DNA from: Schmidtea polychroa
Taxonomy: Eukaryota
Direction of reading: 5' to 3'
Assembly (NCBI GenBank): GCA_044892525.1
Contig: CM097885.1
Location: forward strand, 34,412,001-34,476,000
Length of the DNA stretch: 64,000 nucleotides
Position 1 is the stretch's first letter. Each line of letters starts with the position of its first letter. Under the pieces are notes generated by a model that had not been told where the DNA came from, made no database searches, and worked only from the letters and a program-made list of their open reading frames with translations. Positions 33,498 to 46,499 of the stretch are shown piece after piece. The position numbers and the translations under genes were made by a program.

Positions 33498-34372
33498 ACT
33501 GTGTCGTTTTATATAGCTACTTGCTACTCTTAACCATCCAGCAACGGGATAGTGCCCAACGAGTTGACCGCATAGGGAAAATAACTCCCTTCTTGACATA
33601 GTTGTAAACGCACTGTGTGGCAAAATGTTTCCAGGATGCCACGTACGACCGTTAATACTTGTTTGAAGCTGAAGACCTAGCACTCTTGCATCATCAAACT
33701 CTTCCGATGGCTTTGTAATTAGCCTGTATGCTGCTAAATGGCTTATTACTTCATTGACGTTTATTCTTGACTGGTTGACAATAATGTCATCAATATAACT
33801 ATCCGTTGCTTTCCTGATATCTTCTCTTAAACTCAGTACCTTCCGTAATATTGTTGACATTATTTTCGAAGCCACATTTAAACCAAAACCGAGTTTCGTT
33901 AGAAAGTATCCGTTCCCTTTGTAACTAACTCTTTGGTGCTCCCATAGGTCTTCATCAACATGTATCTGAGATCAATTAACATAACCTGTTCGCCCATAAT
34001 TTGCCATCGCCTTAATGATTCGCCACATCCATCACTTTGTCCAGTATGGCTACTTACATATTTATTTAGTTCTCGAAAATCCATTACTGGACGAACTTTT
34101 CCTTTGTTTGCTTGCTCTACTGCCAATAACGGAATTTTTCCATACACGGCGTCTTTCGTTCGAATTAGCCATCCTTCTTGAACCCACCGTTCAACCTCCG
34201 TGTCAAACTTGTGCTGCAGCCCTGGATCGATTTTATAATTTGAAATTCTATTCAATAGTACAGCTGGTTCTGCTTTCCATTTCCACTTCAAGTTCCACTT
34301 GCCGTCACTGAATGCTGCCAAAAAATCACCATCTTCAATTCGCAAATTCTCATTTAACTGATTCTCAGCCAC
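33498..34372 (-). pseudogene. Gypsy reverse transcriptase, frameshifted
   Basis: KVRPVMDFRELN; LGFGLN..ASKIM; SYIDDIIV; VLGL. Confidence 0.9.
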
Positions 34373-36098
34373 TCACGATACGTTTCCAATATCTGGAAAA
34401 GATACACCGGTCTTGTCAATTTTAAGACCTTCCAGCATCCCTATTACGTCCATTCCTAAAATCATTTCAACACTAAGTGGTAGTTTCATCATCGAAACAC
34501 AATTAACACTCAATAAACTACCACCAACAATCAGCTGAACTTTCACATCACGCATACACTTGACTAATGATCCATCCGCAGTCATGATACTCCCATTCCG
34601 TATAAATCGTTTCTGATTTGGAACATCCCGAGTATATCAATGCTTTCACGGACTCCCCATTGATTATGACTGAAATAAACTGCAGCGCCATTATATTCGT
34701 GCTAGAGTAGACGCTGGCGCACGCGTTACTCCTTTGGCATTTCCTGACTCTGAATTCCTGGTACACTCCTTTGCAATGTGACCCTCTTCTGCACATAGCC
34801 AACACTTCTTTCTTTGTTTCTTGAAACAACGTTCTTCTAGATGGCCATTCTTTCCGAAATACGAGCATTTCTTTTGCTTGTCTTGTTTTCCCACGACATC
34901 CGAACACAGTTCCATACTGTCACAGTTTACTAAGACACGAGACTGTTTCAAGACCTCAACAAGAGACATCTGCTGAATATTGGCATTGGATCGTAACTGT
35001 TGTGACGACACTGCTGGCAAACCCATTATGAATGTGCTTTTAATAATGATTTCGTTATCTATCTTGGCCAGAGATGCTAAGTTTTTGAGATCATTCAAAT
35101 AGGCATCTACTGGCTCATTGCACCACTTTCGTTCACGGAATCGATTGTAATGTACAATCTTATTTTTTATGTTTAAACAAGGGAACGGGACGTTGGTCAA
35201 TCTCGTTGGGCGTAAGTCTCGTTACAAAATTAATTAAAGAAACTATATAGCGATAATTTACTATGGTAAATTATCGCTATACAAATATCGAAAAAAATAA
35301 AAAAAATCGAATAAAATTATTTTTTAAACTGAAATCTACTCAAGTCAAAAGAAAATAGAATAAATCATTCCTTTACCGAATAGAATTATTTGAACAGAAA
35401 TTTATTCAAGTCTAAAGAAAATAGAACAAATCATTCCTTTACCGAACAAAATCATTTGAGCAGAAATTTATACAAGCCAAAAGAAAACAGAAACAATCTT
35501 TTCTTCACCGACCCCCGGTAGAAAAAATTAAAGAAACAGTTCTCAATATTCTCAATCACAAATCTACAAGGTGCTTATATTTCTTTGAATAAATGTTGTA
35601 ATAGTTAATTAGTTCGTTATTATTATTTAATTGAATTATAATAATTTTATTTACCTGTCATTTTTCATCTTTTATACACAACACGCACCCCGATTGTCCC
35701 GCCACATTCTTTAACGGAGACTCTATCGGGCTCTTCAGATTTCTACGCCCAATCACAAATCATATAAATACTGCTGTATATATAAATAGGGATATACAAA
35801 TACGACAATACTAACAAAATACCAATAGCTAAAAATACATCCTGAACCTTACAATATCGGTCATATGCTTGGAACATATCTATGGAATAGACATCGATTA
35901 AGGCATGTTCGATCTTCAATACGTTGCCTTTGTCTTCCGCGCTCAAATGCTGATATACTGCAAAAGCTGGTCCATCTAGATATAAAGGAATTATTGATTC
36001 CAACTCCACGATTTTTTGATTTTTGCCACTAGCTTAACTTTCTAAATCCACCGTTGAACGTCACCTTCTCCATTGAAAATAGGTATCATCTTGTCCAT
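34373..36098 (-). pseudogene. Gypsy gag (two CCHC-type knuckles) and protease, split by a 712-bp insertion
   Basis: IPLYLDGPAFAVY; CWLCAEEGHIAKEC; degenerate ALIYSGCS protease site; ILGMD. Confidence 0.85.
35144..35855. mobile_element. 712-bp insertion, probably a solo LTR
   Basis: ATTGTAA..TTACAAT termini; 4-bp TSD ATCG (35140-35143, 35856-35859); removal restores gag AYDRFRERK. Confidence 0.7.
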
Positions 36099-36589
36099 GA
36101 TATGGCCGCGATGGCTTGTAGTTTTATTGACACAATGAAATCACAACGTTTTTTAAATTCTATTTTTATCACAATATTTGCATATTAAAACAAATTTAAT
36201 TATGCAATTACAAATATTAATAAGATTTTGACTAACATATAATATAATTAATTGTGAAACTGTGATCGTTTTAAGTCTGGAGCTTTCCTCTGTTTATTAA
36301 GTGTGATGTGAAAATGTGTGATTTTGAATGTAAGTTTGAATATGTTGTTACATGAAAAATATTCGGATTAATTAAAATTTTCCTATTTTCGTGGCCACAC
36401 TGGTCTCACTACTATAGTTTACTAACATTACCTAACCTAGGAGTAGAGATGGGAAAAATAGACTTGATTTTTAAAGTTTAGTATATATATATATAAAATT
36501 AATAATAAAAATGTTTTGTTTTGACATGCTAATTGACAGTTCATATAACTCTACATTATAAACAATATACACTATAGCGTTGGTTTGGT

Positions 36590-38254
36590 TGTATCTTCTA
36601 CTTCCACCTTGGTTTTACAACTTACAAGCAAATCGTGCTAGCTTTGGCTGCTGCAAAATCTGTAATAAGTTCATTATTGTCCTTGGACAATGACCATTAG
36701 GCGTTGAAATACACTATTCCAACGAGCCTTTTTACTGTTTATTAATTTTTTGGCTCTGTTTGCCAACTGTGCATCGTATTGTTAGCCTATTTTAAGCTCA
36801 AACCATTCCAAAGTAGATGTCATATGTCCCTTTGATTTCTCATGACCAGCGAGTCTCACACTGGCATTTTCCACTCATAAATCCCATTGGCTCTTAGAGC
36901 AGACAAAGTGTTGCCAAAAAGTTTGCAACAGAAACAAAGTATTTTGTTCTTAGCTGCTGAATATATAAATCATTTTCGGTTGACAACTTCCCCATTTTCC
37001 ATAAGTCATTTGCAGTAGGTTGTAGAAAATTTCCGTCTATTGCTATCTGCTGGAAAATCTTTTTCTTCAATTTCTTTAAGCCATTGCAAACAATTATATT
37101 CTGGCAAAGTTGCCGGATCACTAAAATCATCATTTACATTTATCAAACCGACCAACTCTTCTGTTTCTTCATTTGCAGTTTCAGATATCCGTGTTCTTGT
37201 AATCTGAGAATTATCAACAATTCGAACATAAGAAGTATCGATATTAGACTCTGTTATTTTCATAAGTTGCTGCATCTTTGTATTCTTCAGAGGTTGACGA
37301 TGTTGACGAACTTCAGTTTTGTTGTACAAGAAATTTATTGAGAGATTGTGTTAATGCCTTAATTTGGCTTTCTTGCGTTGCTTTTTGCTTTTTCTTTTCA
37401 TTGCCACTTTTTTATTTTCTGCCAAAGTCGCGATCTCGATTTGGTGGCATATCCCCTCAACTATAAAATCAATTAATGGAAATTTTTAAATTCAAATAAC
37501 AAATCTTATTTAAATCATTTAAATAATTCTTATTTAAAGCTAAATAAAGTTAATTAATGTAAAGTTTGCATTTTCCATAATGTGCCATAAATTGCCATTG
37601 GAACATACTGAAGGCTAATGAAGCAAAAATCCTTTTTTTTGTTTCTAGAACTGTTAAAAAGATAAAAAAAGTTTGATTTTACAGTTTCGATTTGTTTGCC
37701 AATTTTTTGTAGGTGTTTTCAGATGGTTCAGTTTTTTTATACAAAAAAGTGAATTTTTCTTTTTTTCATACTGTAAAATTTAACGAATCAACAGTTTAAC
37801 GTTGATTTACGTTACATTTTTAAAAAAGTAACTTATTAACGATTAACGGAGTTAACTTTCTTGTTATCGGGCTAATTATTAACGACGCTAACGTTTTGAT
37901 TAATGATGCCCAGCTCTTTCTTAATAATCATTGACCACATAAAGCCCGGTATGGATAAAATGCTATGCCATTACGCCCCATGCTTATATTCTTAATATTA
38001 ATGGTAATATTTCTAAATAAATGTCATGATTGTCAGTGACAGATCGCATTTAGTTAATTTTATTATATTTGTACGCTATTTTTCTAATTATTTTATCCTG
38101 AAAATTAAATATAAAATTTTCTTGATACTGTTGTTATATAAAATACAAGTATTACAAAATAGTATTAAAATTGTAAAAAGTAGTAAAAAATGTCTAGTTA
38201 AAGCGCGGGGCGCAAGGTGGTTGCCTTGTTCGCCTTGCCCCAAGGCCGAACCTG
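36590..38254 (-). mobile_element. hAT (ZMYM1/TTF zinc-finger type) 5' fragment
   Basis: CAG-type end at 38254; minus-strand ..SGNEKKK.., DFSDPA, FIYS..LCFCCKLF, HEKSKGH; many stops; left boundary approximate. Confidence 0.6.
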
Positions 38255-38490
38255 CGATAGAAGTTATGATTTTTAAAGTTTTACATATATATACATATAT
38301 ATTGCATATTGCATATTGCAAATATTGCATAATATTGTGTGTGTAACACAACGCGTGTGTTACAACAAAATCAAGTTCTGTTTAGAAACTTTAGACGGAG
38401 ATATAAGTCAGTACCATCCAAATTCAATACTCGACAGTTATTTCTTGAAAATTTGATGAAGATTTAAATAATATTTTAAATATTCTAAAT

Positions 38491-39968
38491 ATGGAGAAGA
38501 AAAGGAAAAGAAAACGCTTTGTAGTATCATTAAAAGACAAATTAGACATAATAACTGCTTTAAAAAATGTGGTTTCGAGACGTCTTTTGTCTAATAAATA
38601 CGGTGTTGGGACGTCAACGATCTCCGAAATAAAAAATAAAGTGAAAAAATTATGAAGTTTAATAATTCTTTATTGTTAGAAGATGGAAGCTCAGAGAATA
38701 AGGTTATGAAAAAATCAGGAAAGGAAGAAGTCGAAGAGTGTATTTTTATGTGATTCGTTCAAAAACGATCATCTGGACAGCCAATATCTGGTCCATTATT
38801 GTGCGAAAAAGCAATATATTTTAATACAAGATTAAATGTAGATTCTACCTTTAAAGTAAGTTTGGGTTGGGTTGAAAAATTCAAAAGACACCATGGTGTC
38901 AGAAAACTTGAAATTAACGGGGAAAAACTTTCTGTTGACGTACTTTCAACTAACACTTTCAATGACACATTAAAAGCGTTTGTGGAGAAAGAAGGGTTTG
39001 ACGAAGAATTTATTTACAATGCTGACGAGACCGGTTTAAATTGAAAGAAACTACCCAACAAATTGCTAGCATTAAGACGCGAAAATACTGCACAAGGGTA
39101 CAAAATTAGTAAAGAATGTAATCTTAGAACGTAATCCAAGAAAGTGTCACCATAATGATGTCTGCCAATGCAACAGGCAGACACAGACTCCCACTGTTTG
39201 TCATTGGGAAATCAAAAACTCCTAGGTACTTTAAATATGTTAGAAGTCTTCTGGGTGAATATGATCATCAGAAAAAAGCCTGGATGAATGGGGAAATTGT
39301 TAAACGGTGGTATGAAAAACAGTTCATTCCAGAAGTGAAAAAATATCAAAACTATAGATAAAAGGGGAAAAAATTATTATTACTAGATAATACACCGTCC
39401 CATCCATCTATAGAATGTTTGAATCAGATCGATGAGATGTTTACGGTAAAATTTCTTCCACCAAATGCCACGTCTGTAATACAACCGATGGATCAGGGTG
39501 TAATAGAAACCTTCAAACGCGTGTATAGAAAACAGATGATTCGACGATTATTGATAGCAAACGAAAATAATGAAGAAACAGTTATCCGTTTTCATAAGAA
39601 AATAAATTTAAAAGACTGTTGCTACATGGCAGCAGAAAGTTGGAATTCTTTAGAAGTGTCAACGTTGAAAAAATCATAGAACAAAATTTTGAAAAGACTT
39701 CAACTTATGTCAACTTATGTATCTTAAAAGTATTCGCGATTTGGCAGCTTCAAAAGGAACAGCTAACTTTAAGCAAAAATCCATAATTGAATTTCTAAAT
39801 AAAGAATAATTTATTATTGAAGATATATGTAAATGTAGACAAATAAGAATTATTCATATTGAATGTATTCGTATTTCCCTGTCAATTATAATTTTTTCGA
39901 TTATCCAAATTTTCCATTATCCAGACTACCTTCATCCTCAATTAGTCCGGATAATCGACGTTCTACTG
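38491..39968 (+). pseudogene. Tigger/Jerky-like (pogo) transposon remnant with its right TIR
   Basis: CENP-B-type HTH; GWVEKFKRHHG; YNADETGL; LLLDN..SH; QPMDQGVI; ends GATAATCGACGTTCTACTG-TA. Confidence 0.85.
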
Positions 39969-39969
39969 T

Positions 39970-40370
39970 ATACCCTATTTTCGGCGTGCAATTATGCATA
40001 CGTGAATTGATGTAGTAAAACAAATTCGAATTATTTTGATTCTAGAACATTCGATTTTTAATTTTTATCAATTTTGATAGCGAATTTGACTTATTAATTT
40101 TTGTTTTTATTTTTGAAATTTTATTTTTGAATTAATTTTATTAAATTTGCCTCCATGATGGATTTGGGAATTTCCAGAACATTCCATGCTAAATGTAATC
40201 TGTTTCTTATTTTTAAATTGTTTTTTGTGAATTCTTTTCTTAACTTTTTATATTTTAAACTGAAATATTTATTTTTTATAAATTTTATTGAGTCTTTTGG
40301 CGACCATGATGAATTTCACCTTTTTTTATGGATTGTTCTGGAGTTTTATTCGAAATTGTGATATAATTTT
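39970..40370 (-). repeat. Third, fragmentary copy of the giant-LTR end region
   Basis: Matches 32830-33210 (e.g. CCTCCATGATGGA..CCAGAACATTCCAT). Confidence 0.65.
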
Positions 40371-41158
40371 CTTTACGTAAGATTTTATGGATATTTTCTT
40401 TAATTTTCTTTTTAATTTTTACTAATCGCATAAAACAGTCGACCACATTTAAAAGTTTAGTTTTATTATGAAATTGAAAAATACAATGTAACAAAAATAC
40501 AAAGGAAAACAAATTCAAATAAAATTGCATATCTCTGAAGTTACTCGAGATAACAGTGAAATGATTGAAAAAATAGGAGATTGGATGGACAGTCTTAAGA
40601 AAGGCAGAAACACAAATTGAATTGAATACAAATCGAGACTTAGAATTTGCAGAAAATTAGAATCCAAGTTGAAAATTGAAATTTAAAGAATGATTCTTGT
40701 CTACTAAAGTGATTTGGTGTCTTTGTAATAGTCATTTATTCTAATCAATAAAGGTTTGTATTGTTTGGAATTCATTGTTGTTGTTACCAGATAAAACATG
40801 CTTGGAGTCAATTAAATTTTCTTTATATACATTTTCTTTTTAGATTTCCTATCAGTATTTAGTTTTATATTTAACTTGAATCTTTATTAGTGTCGAAAAT
40901 CCACGTTAACAATAAAACAAAATATTGATCGCAAAATTAAAAGAAATAAAGATTAAATTGAAAAAAATATCAATGAGGAAGATAAAAGGTTTTTCTGATA
41001 TCTTATTAAATATTAGAAATTTTTAAAAATTGCATCCAAATTCTAAATTCGGTATTGAATATAATTATTTTTATGCTTACTGAAATTTAATCGGCAATTC
41101 TATTGAATAATTTTCATGTTAACTAAATTAATCTTTTCGTTAGATATTGTTTCATTTA

Positions 41159-43426
41159 TAGTAATACCTCGTATAACGCTCCCTCTTACAACGCTATTTC
41201 GTTATAACGCTCAAAAAATATTTTTGATATGAAAAAATCACTTAAAAGAATACATATACAATGTGTAGAATTACAACGTAAGAAAAACTGGTCTAATTTA
41301 GACTGTTGCCGATTCGATTGTTTCTCTTTTAAAATTTCAGTGTACGGAGTAAGACTTTTTGAAACACCTCTCTTAATAAAACCAGAATCAGTTAGAACAT
41401 TTAAAGCTTTGGCAATTATTTCTAAATTTTCTTGTAAATCTTTTTTTGTCAATTTCTCTGGCGGCTCTACACTTTCGTGATTTTGGTATAATTCGTCTCC
41501 GATTTCGATTAAATCTTCATTGGAAAGGCTTGCATCATGCAAATTGATTATCTCTTCTACGTCTTCGTTCATTAGATCGTCGAACCCCACATTATGTGCA
41601 ATTTGCACTGTTTCCACGATAATGGAGTGTAAGTTATCGGGCACAGAATTTTCATTTTCTTTAAGAAGAATTTTATTCCAAACACCTCGCATGGAATCAT
41701 TTGTAACTTCATTCCAGGAGTCTCTAATAGTTTCAATCGCCATCATGATATTGAAACTTTTCCAAAATTTCAAAATTGTTTCCTTTTGTACATCAACTGC
41801 ATGTAAAAGTTGCTTGAATGTACGCCGAAGGAAATAGGCTTTAAAATTCGCTATAACTCCCTGGTCCATCAGTTGAATCAAAGAAGTCGTATTCGGAGTT
41901 AAAAAATAACTTCCATAGGTATGGTTTTTGAAAGCGCGGCTATATTTTTTTGAATGCCCAGGTGCATTGTCAATTATAAGAAGAGCTCTGGATTCCAGTT
42001 TCTTACTCTCGCAATACTTTTTTACTGCTAGGTAGAAATATTTCACAAACCATAGGTCAAAAATAGCAGCCGTACGATTGGACATCCAAATGACAGGTGA
42101 ATTATCCTTGAAGTAACCCTTCATTGCCCGAGGATTTTCCGACTGATACAGCAACAACAGTTTCAATTTAAAATCACCTGAAGCGTTCCCACCTAATAAA
42201 AGGGTAAGCCTATCTTTGGCCGCTTTAAATCCAGGTGATCGCTTCTCTTCTTTAGAAATAAATGTTTTGGAAGGCATTCTTTTCCAAAATAACCCTGTCT
42301 CATCTACGTTGAGTATTAATTCGGGTGGATATTTTTTCTCAGCTATCAACGATTTTAAAGATTTAGTAAAATATTTCACGGCACCTACATCGGCGATACC
42401 AGCTTCTCAACAAATTTTTATGTTGTGAATATTAGCACGAACCTTAAATTTCTCGAACCATCATCGGCTTGCTGCAAACGTTTCTACTGATGAGCTAGTA
42501 TATGGTTCGTCAGAGTTTTGTTTCTCTAACTCTTCAAATAAACCTCTTGCTTTCTCCATTATGACTGCTTGACTCAATTGCATATCTCTATTATTTTGGT
42601 CTTCTATCCAGTAGTTCAACAGTTTTTCCATATTTTCAATCATTGTGTTACGCGTTCGAGAGGTTTTTGTAGCTGAAAGTGGTGTTGTTGATTGCACAGA
42701 TCTTTTAATTTTCTCAGCATTTTGCAAAATTGTTCTAACAGTTGATCCGGGTAAATTCAATTCACGGCATACATCTACTTGACGTTCCCCATTTTTTATT
42801 TTTCTGAATTACTTTCAATTTTACATCCATAGTAAAATTTCTTCTCGAATTTTTTGTTAAATCTTTCACTCTTTCTTTCCGTCCCGACATTATTGATAAG
42901 AAATTATTTAGTTATTTACAAAAATAAATAGGAACATTTCAACAAGAAACACTGATTAACTGTTTAATTTTTGTTTCTAAAAAAATTCAAATGATTTATG
43001 TGAATCCCCAAAATATAAACAAAAATGTATGGAAATTTGAAATAAAATACACAGAAATCAATTTTACTATATATGTATAATATACAATATGTAGAATTTA
43101 ATTTAGTTTTTCTATTTTGAATTTCATCATGTTATAATTTTATATGTTTTTGATACATACATATGTATTTAATTTACATAAAGAAAACTTATTTATTGAA
43201 GAAGTATCAAACATTTTTATTTTGAAGTATATATTGAATTGAATTAAATGTATGTACCTTCCATTTATTGATTAAAAATGAATTAAAAATAATAAAAAAT
43301 GGTATTTATTTAACACAGAAGTAACGTAACCCCTAAAGTTTAGTTTTGTTTTGCCTCCTATAGCGCTGTCTTCTATTACGCTCAATTTCCAGGAACGCAT
43401 ATAGAGCGTTGTACGAGGTATTACTG
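41159..43426 (-). mobile_element. Full-length Tigger (TIGD1-like) transposon with a disrupted transposase (42890 to ~41270)
   Basis: TIR (C/T)AGTAATACCTCGTA; TA TSDs; NVDETGLFWKRMP, KDRLTLLLGGNASG, IDNAPGH, QLMDQGVI. Confidence 0.92.
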
Positions 43427-43725
43427 TATTGCTTTTTTCAAGTCAATTTTTGCCGATTTAAACATTACTAAACATTCATAAAATACAAAATTAAAAGTTT
43501 CACTACTTACTAAAATTAGAAATTTAGTCAGTAAATAATAAACAATGCATTTTGTTTATTTGTAAATAACTAAATATTATTTTCTGTTACTTTTTTTTCA
43601 TAAACTATTTACAACAAGGTCCCAGTCTGGAATCCCATCCGATATGTAAGAATATAACTAAAATATAAATAATAAATTAAGTTGATAAAATCATGTATTT
43701 CAAAATTTCGCGTGGATAAAACATT

Positions 43726-45021
43726 TTAATCACTTACATTTTTATTAACTGCGACTTGTGAAGATGAGCTATGTTTGCTGGATATCTTTTTCTTAGGAAC
43801 TCGAAGAAGATCCGCGACCCAATTTTCATACGTTTGATCTTCTACATTACATTTAATTAGTCCGGTTTTTGCTTTGTAAAGGCTACCGTTGTCTTCATAA
43901 CAAAAATTAGACCCCAATTTTATTTCCCATATATTTTTATATTTGTCCTCGACTCGACAACGCTTGTAATCTTGAATTCGTTGAACTCTAGTTTCTTGAA
44001 CCCACCTAGGCTCTAATTTGTTAATTTTCAAATGATAATTTTTTCGCGCTAATTTTTGTGCGTTGTCTACATAGTCATAGGTAGTTTCTGGTAAAGCAAA
44101 ATATGTTACTTTATCTGTTACCGGACTAATTGTGTTTACATAATAATTTCTATCCTCAGCTTGAATTCCTCTTGAAATCATTTCTTTAATTCTAGTAAAG
44201 TTTAAATTTTCAATATCAAAATTAAAAAGCAGAATGTCGTCTTTATGTCTCACAATGAATCTAGCTTTATTTTTCATTTTATCTGTCGCTTCCATTTGAA
44301 GTTCTTCAAGCAATTTTTTTTGATCTTCTGTCTGATCAAGCCTCCTTGTCAGTTTCAGATCTATTATACCAGGATATAATTCGAAATCAACATTTTGATA
44401 TTTAATATATATAACAGATGTTCCAACATTTGTTTCTGGACGACTTATAGCTTGTTTTCGTGAAACTGGACCCGGCTCACGTTCACGGGCTTTCATAAAT
44501 GGCTTTTTGGTTTCCATCATTGACAATCGACTATTTTTTTTGTCTATTGCGTAAAACCTTTTCATTAAATTTAATTTGGTGTTTTTATGATAAAATTTAT
44601 TTGAATAATACATTTTGGATCTTGACTGAACACATTTATCGTTTTCATTTTCTTCAAAAGTCCGATCCTTCAAATAAACGGCTTGTAATCTTACATTGAT
44701 GGGATTAAAAGTCAACAAGTACAACCTCTTATCAAATATATTATTAATATATATTTGACTCAAATTTTCCTCTTGTTTTTTATTCTTTCCCTCTACCTCT
44801 TTTTCATCTTCCTCCTCTTCTATTGCCTCATCAGCTTCGTTACTTACATTTTGATTTATAGTTCCGACATGTTTAATAGAAATATTCGGTAATTTATGAT
44901 TATAATTGGTCCTTTTGTAGTTTGCAAACTGACCTTTTGAAACCTTAATTGAATAGTCTGAATAATCGTAGAAAACATGTGAAGTTACATGAAAATTATA
45001 ATTTTCAATTCTTGGAAACAT
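43726..45021 (-). CDS. Intronless 431-aa hypothetical protein
   Basis: Uninterrupted 1.3-kb ORF in very AT-rich DNA; acidic tract; no motif recognised. Confidence 0.6.
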   Translation of the reverse strand: MFPRIENYNFHVTSHVFYDYSDYSIKVSKGQFANYKRTNYNHKLPNISIKHVGTINQNVSNEADEAIEEEEDEKEVEGKNKKQEENLSQIYINNIFDKRLYLLTFNPINVRLQAVYLKDRTFEENENDKCVQSRSKMYYSNKFYHKNTKLNLMKRFYAIDKKNSRLSMMETKKPFMKAREREPGPVSRKQAISRPETNVGTSVIYIKYQNVDFELYPGIIDLKLTRRLDQTEDQKKLLEELQMEATDKMKNKARFIVRHKDDILLFNFDIENLNFTRIKEMISRGIQAEDRNYYVNTISPVTDKVTYFALPETTYDYVDNAQKLARKNYHLKINKLEPRWVQETRVQRIQDYKRCRVEDKYKNIWEIKLGSNFCYEDNGSLYKAKTGLIKCNVEDQTYENWVADLLRVPKKKISSKHSSSSQVAVNKNVSD

Positions 45022-46499
45022 TTACCATAATAATAAAATTGATTTCGATTATTTCGATTTTCAATATTTTTATTGATTTTTTAAAATTTAACAAAATGAC
45101 GAATTTGCAGTTTTCATAAATGTTGAAAAATTACGATTGAAAATAAATAAAAATTTCAACAGCAATTATATGACACCATTTCCATATCGTACGACTTAAT
45201 CAGATAAAGAACTCCTCCATAAAGATTTCTATGACACTATATCAGAGGTTTTGAAACTTTTTGCATAGCAACACATTAAAAATGGTTGACACTAAAGTTT
45301 TCTTAAAATAATTAAATATGTCAAAAAATATAAATACGAGATAATAAAAAGTAGATGGATTGACCACTACTGAATAGGGTCACCTTTGGATCAGGTAACC
45401 ACCCCCCCCCTTCTGATGAGGATTTTATTAATATGATCATCATGCCAGGCGCTTTCTAATTTATCTGGATTGCGTTGGTCAATGGTATTTGGATAGTAAT
45501 ATCCACACATTTTGATTTGTTGCTCTGTTTCATCGTCATTCCAGTTCAGTGGTGGCCAACCCAAATCAATCGAAGGGCCAAATTTTCGGAAAAATACTAT
45601 CACGGGCCACAATAAATTCATTTAAATAAATATAACTCGTTTTTACGATTCAAGTAAACTTAGAATCAATTTTTAAATTAAAAACATGCTTAATTCGAAT
45701 ATGAATTCTAAAAAAGACAATTATTGATTTGATGTTTAAAATTGTGTCCGGGCCACCGGTTGGCCATGACTGTTCCAGTTATTCCAGTTACCATCAGCTA
45801 TCAGCATTTTCCAGCCTATTTCTCAGCAACATTAAACTGAAATTATTTATATTCTCTGTGGAATTGCTGAAAAAATCTGTAACACGTAATCTGTAATACT
45901 CATCATTTGAGATTGTCTCTTTTATTGTATAATTTATGAATTTATTCATTGCGTTTGCCTTTTGTTGAAGATTTTCATTGGGAATTCTTGTATTTAATGA
46001 AATTATTAATTTATTAAGTCTATCCTCACAGTGGAAACTGGTTTCATATTTAATCTTGAACTTACTATTGTATAAATACATCACTGATAAGAGGGCCCCG
46101 AAGGAATTCGTGATATAATCATATTTGGCTTTAAAAAAGCTTTTTATATATTTAAATAATTTTAAAAATCTAAGTTTGTGATAATTTAATTTTATATGTA
46201 TCATGGAATTTCATAAGTAATAAATAGGATAACTAAAACAAATTTTTTTAAAAAATTATATATCAGTTTGTAATTGCAAAAGGAGCCCGTACTGACGATT
46301 TGCATCGGGGCCCGACTTGACTCTCGACGGCCCTGTATAAGTATATGAAGTTTGCTAGTTTATTGAAAATTTGGTTGATATCAGTAGGTAGTTAGGAGCC
46401 CGCTGCAACAATTACCCCCCCGGGGGGGTTGTTGCAACTTTTTTTTTGTTGCAACTTTTGATTATGCAATTGTTGCAGTGGGCTCACCATATTTTTTTT

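Larger units (their letters stand above)
20163..36100 (-). mobile_element. Decayed Ty3/Gypsy LTR retrotransposon interrupted by nested insertions
   Basis: gag-PR-RT-RNaseH-IN order on the minus strand; purine tract and 3' LTR; frames rejoin across the insertion TSDs; no 5' LTR found. Confidence 0.9.

Noticed and set aside
45391..45621. AWHDDHINK resembling the glycosyltransferase family 6 WHDESHLN motif
   Set aside because: Short, gapped match with no other supporting motif.
46270..46335. hAT-like end (reverse complement CAGGGCCGTCGAGAG)
   Set aside because: No partner TIR or TSD found, so no element could be delimited.
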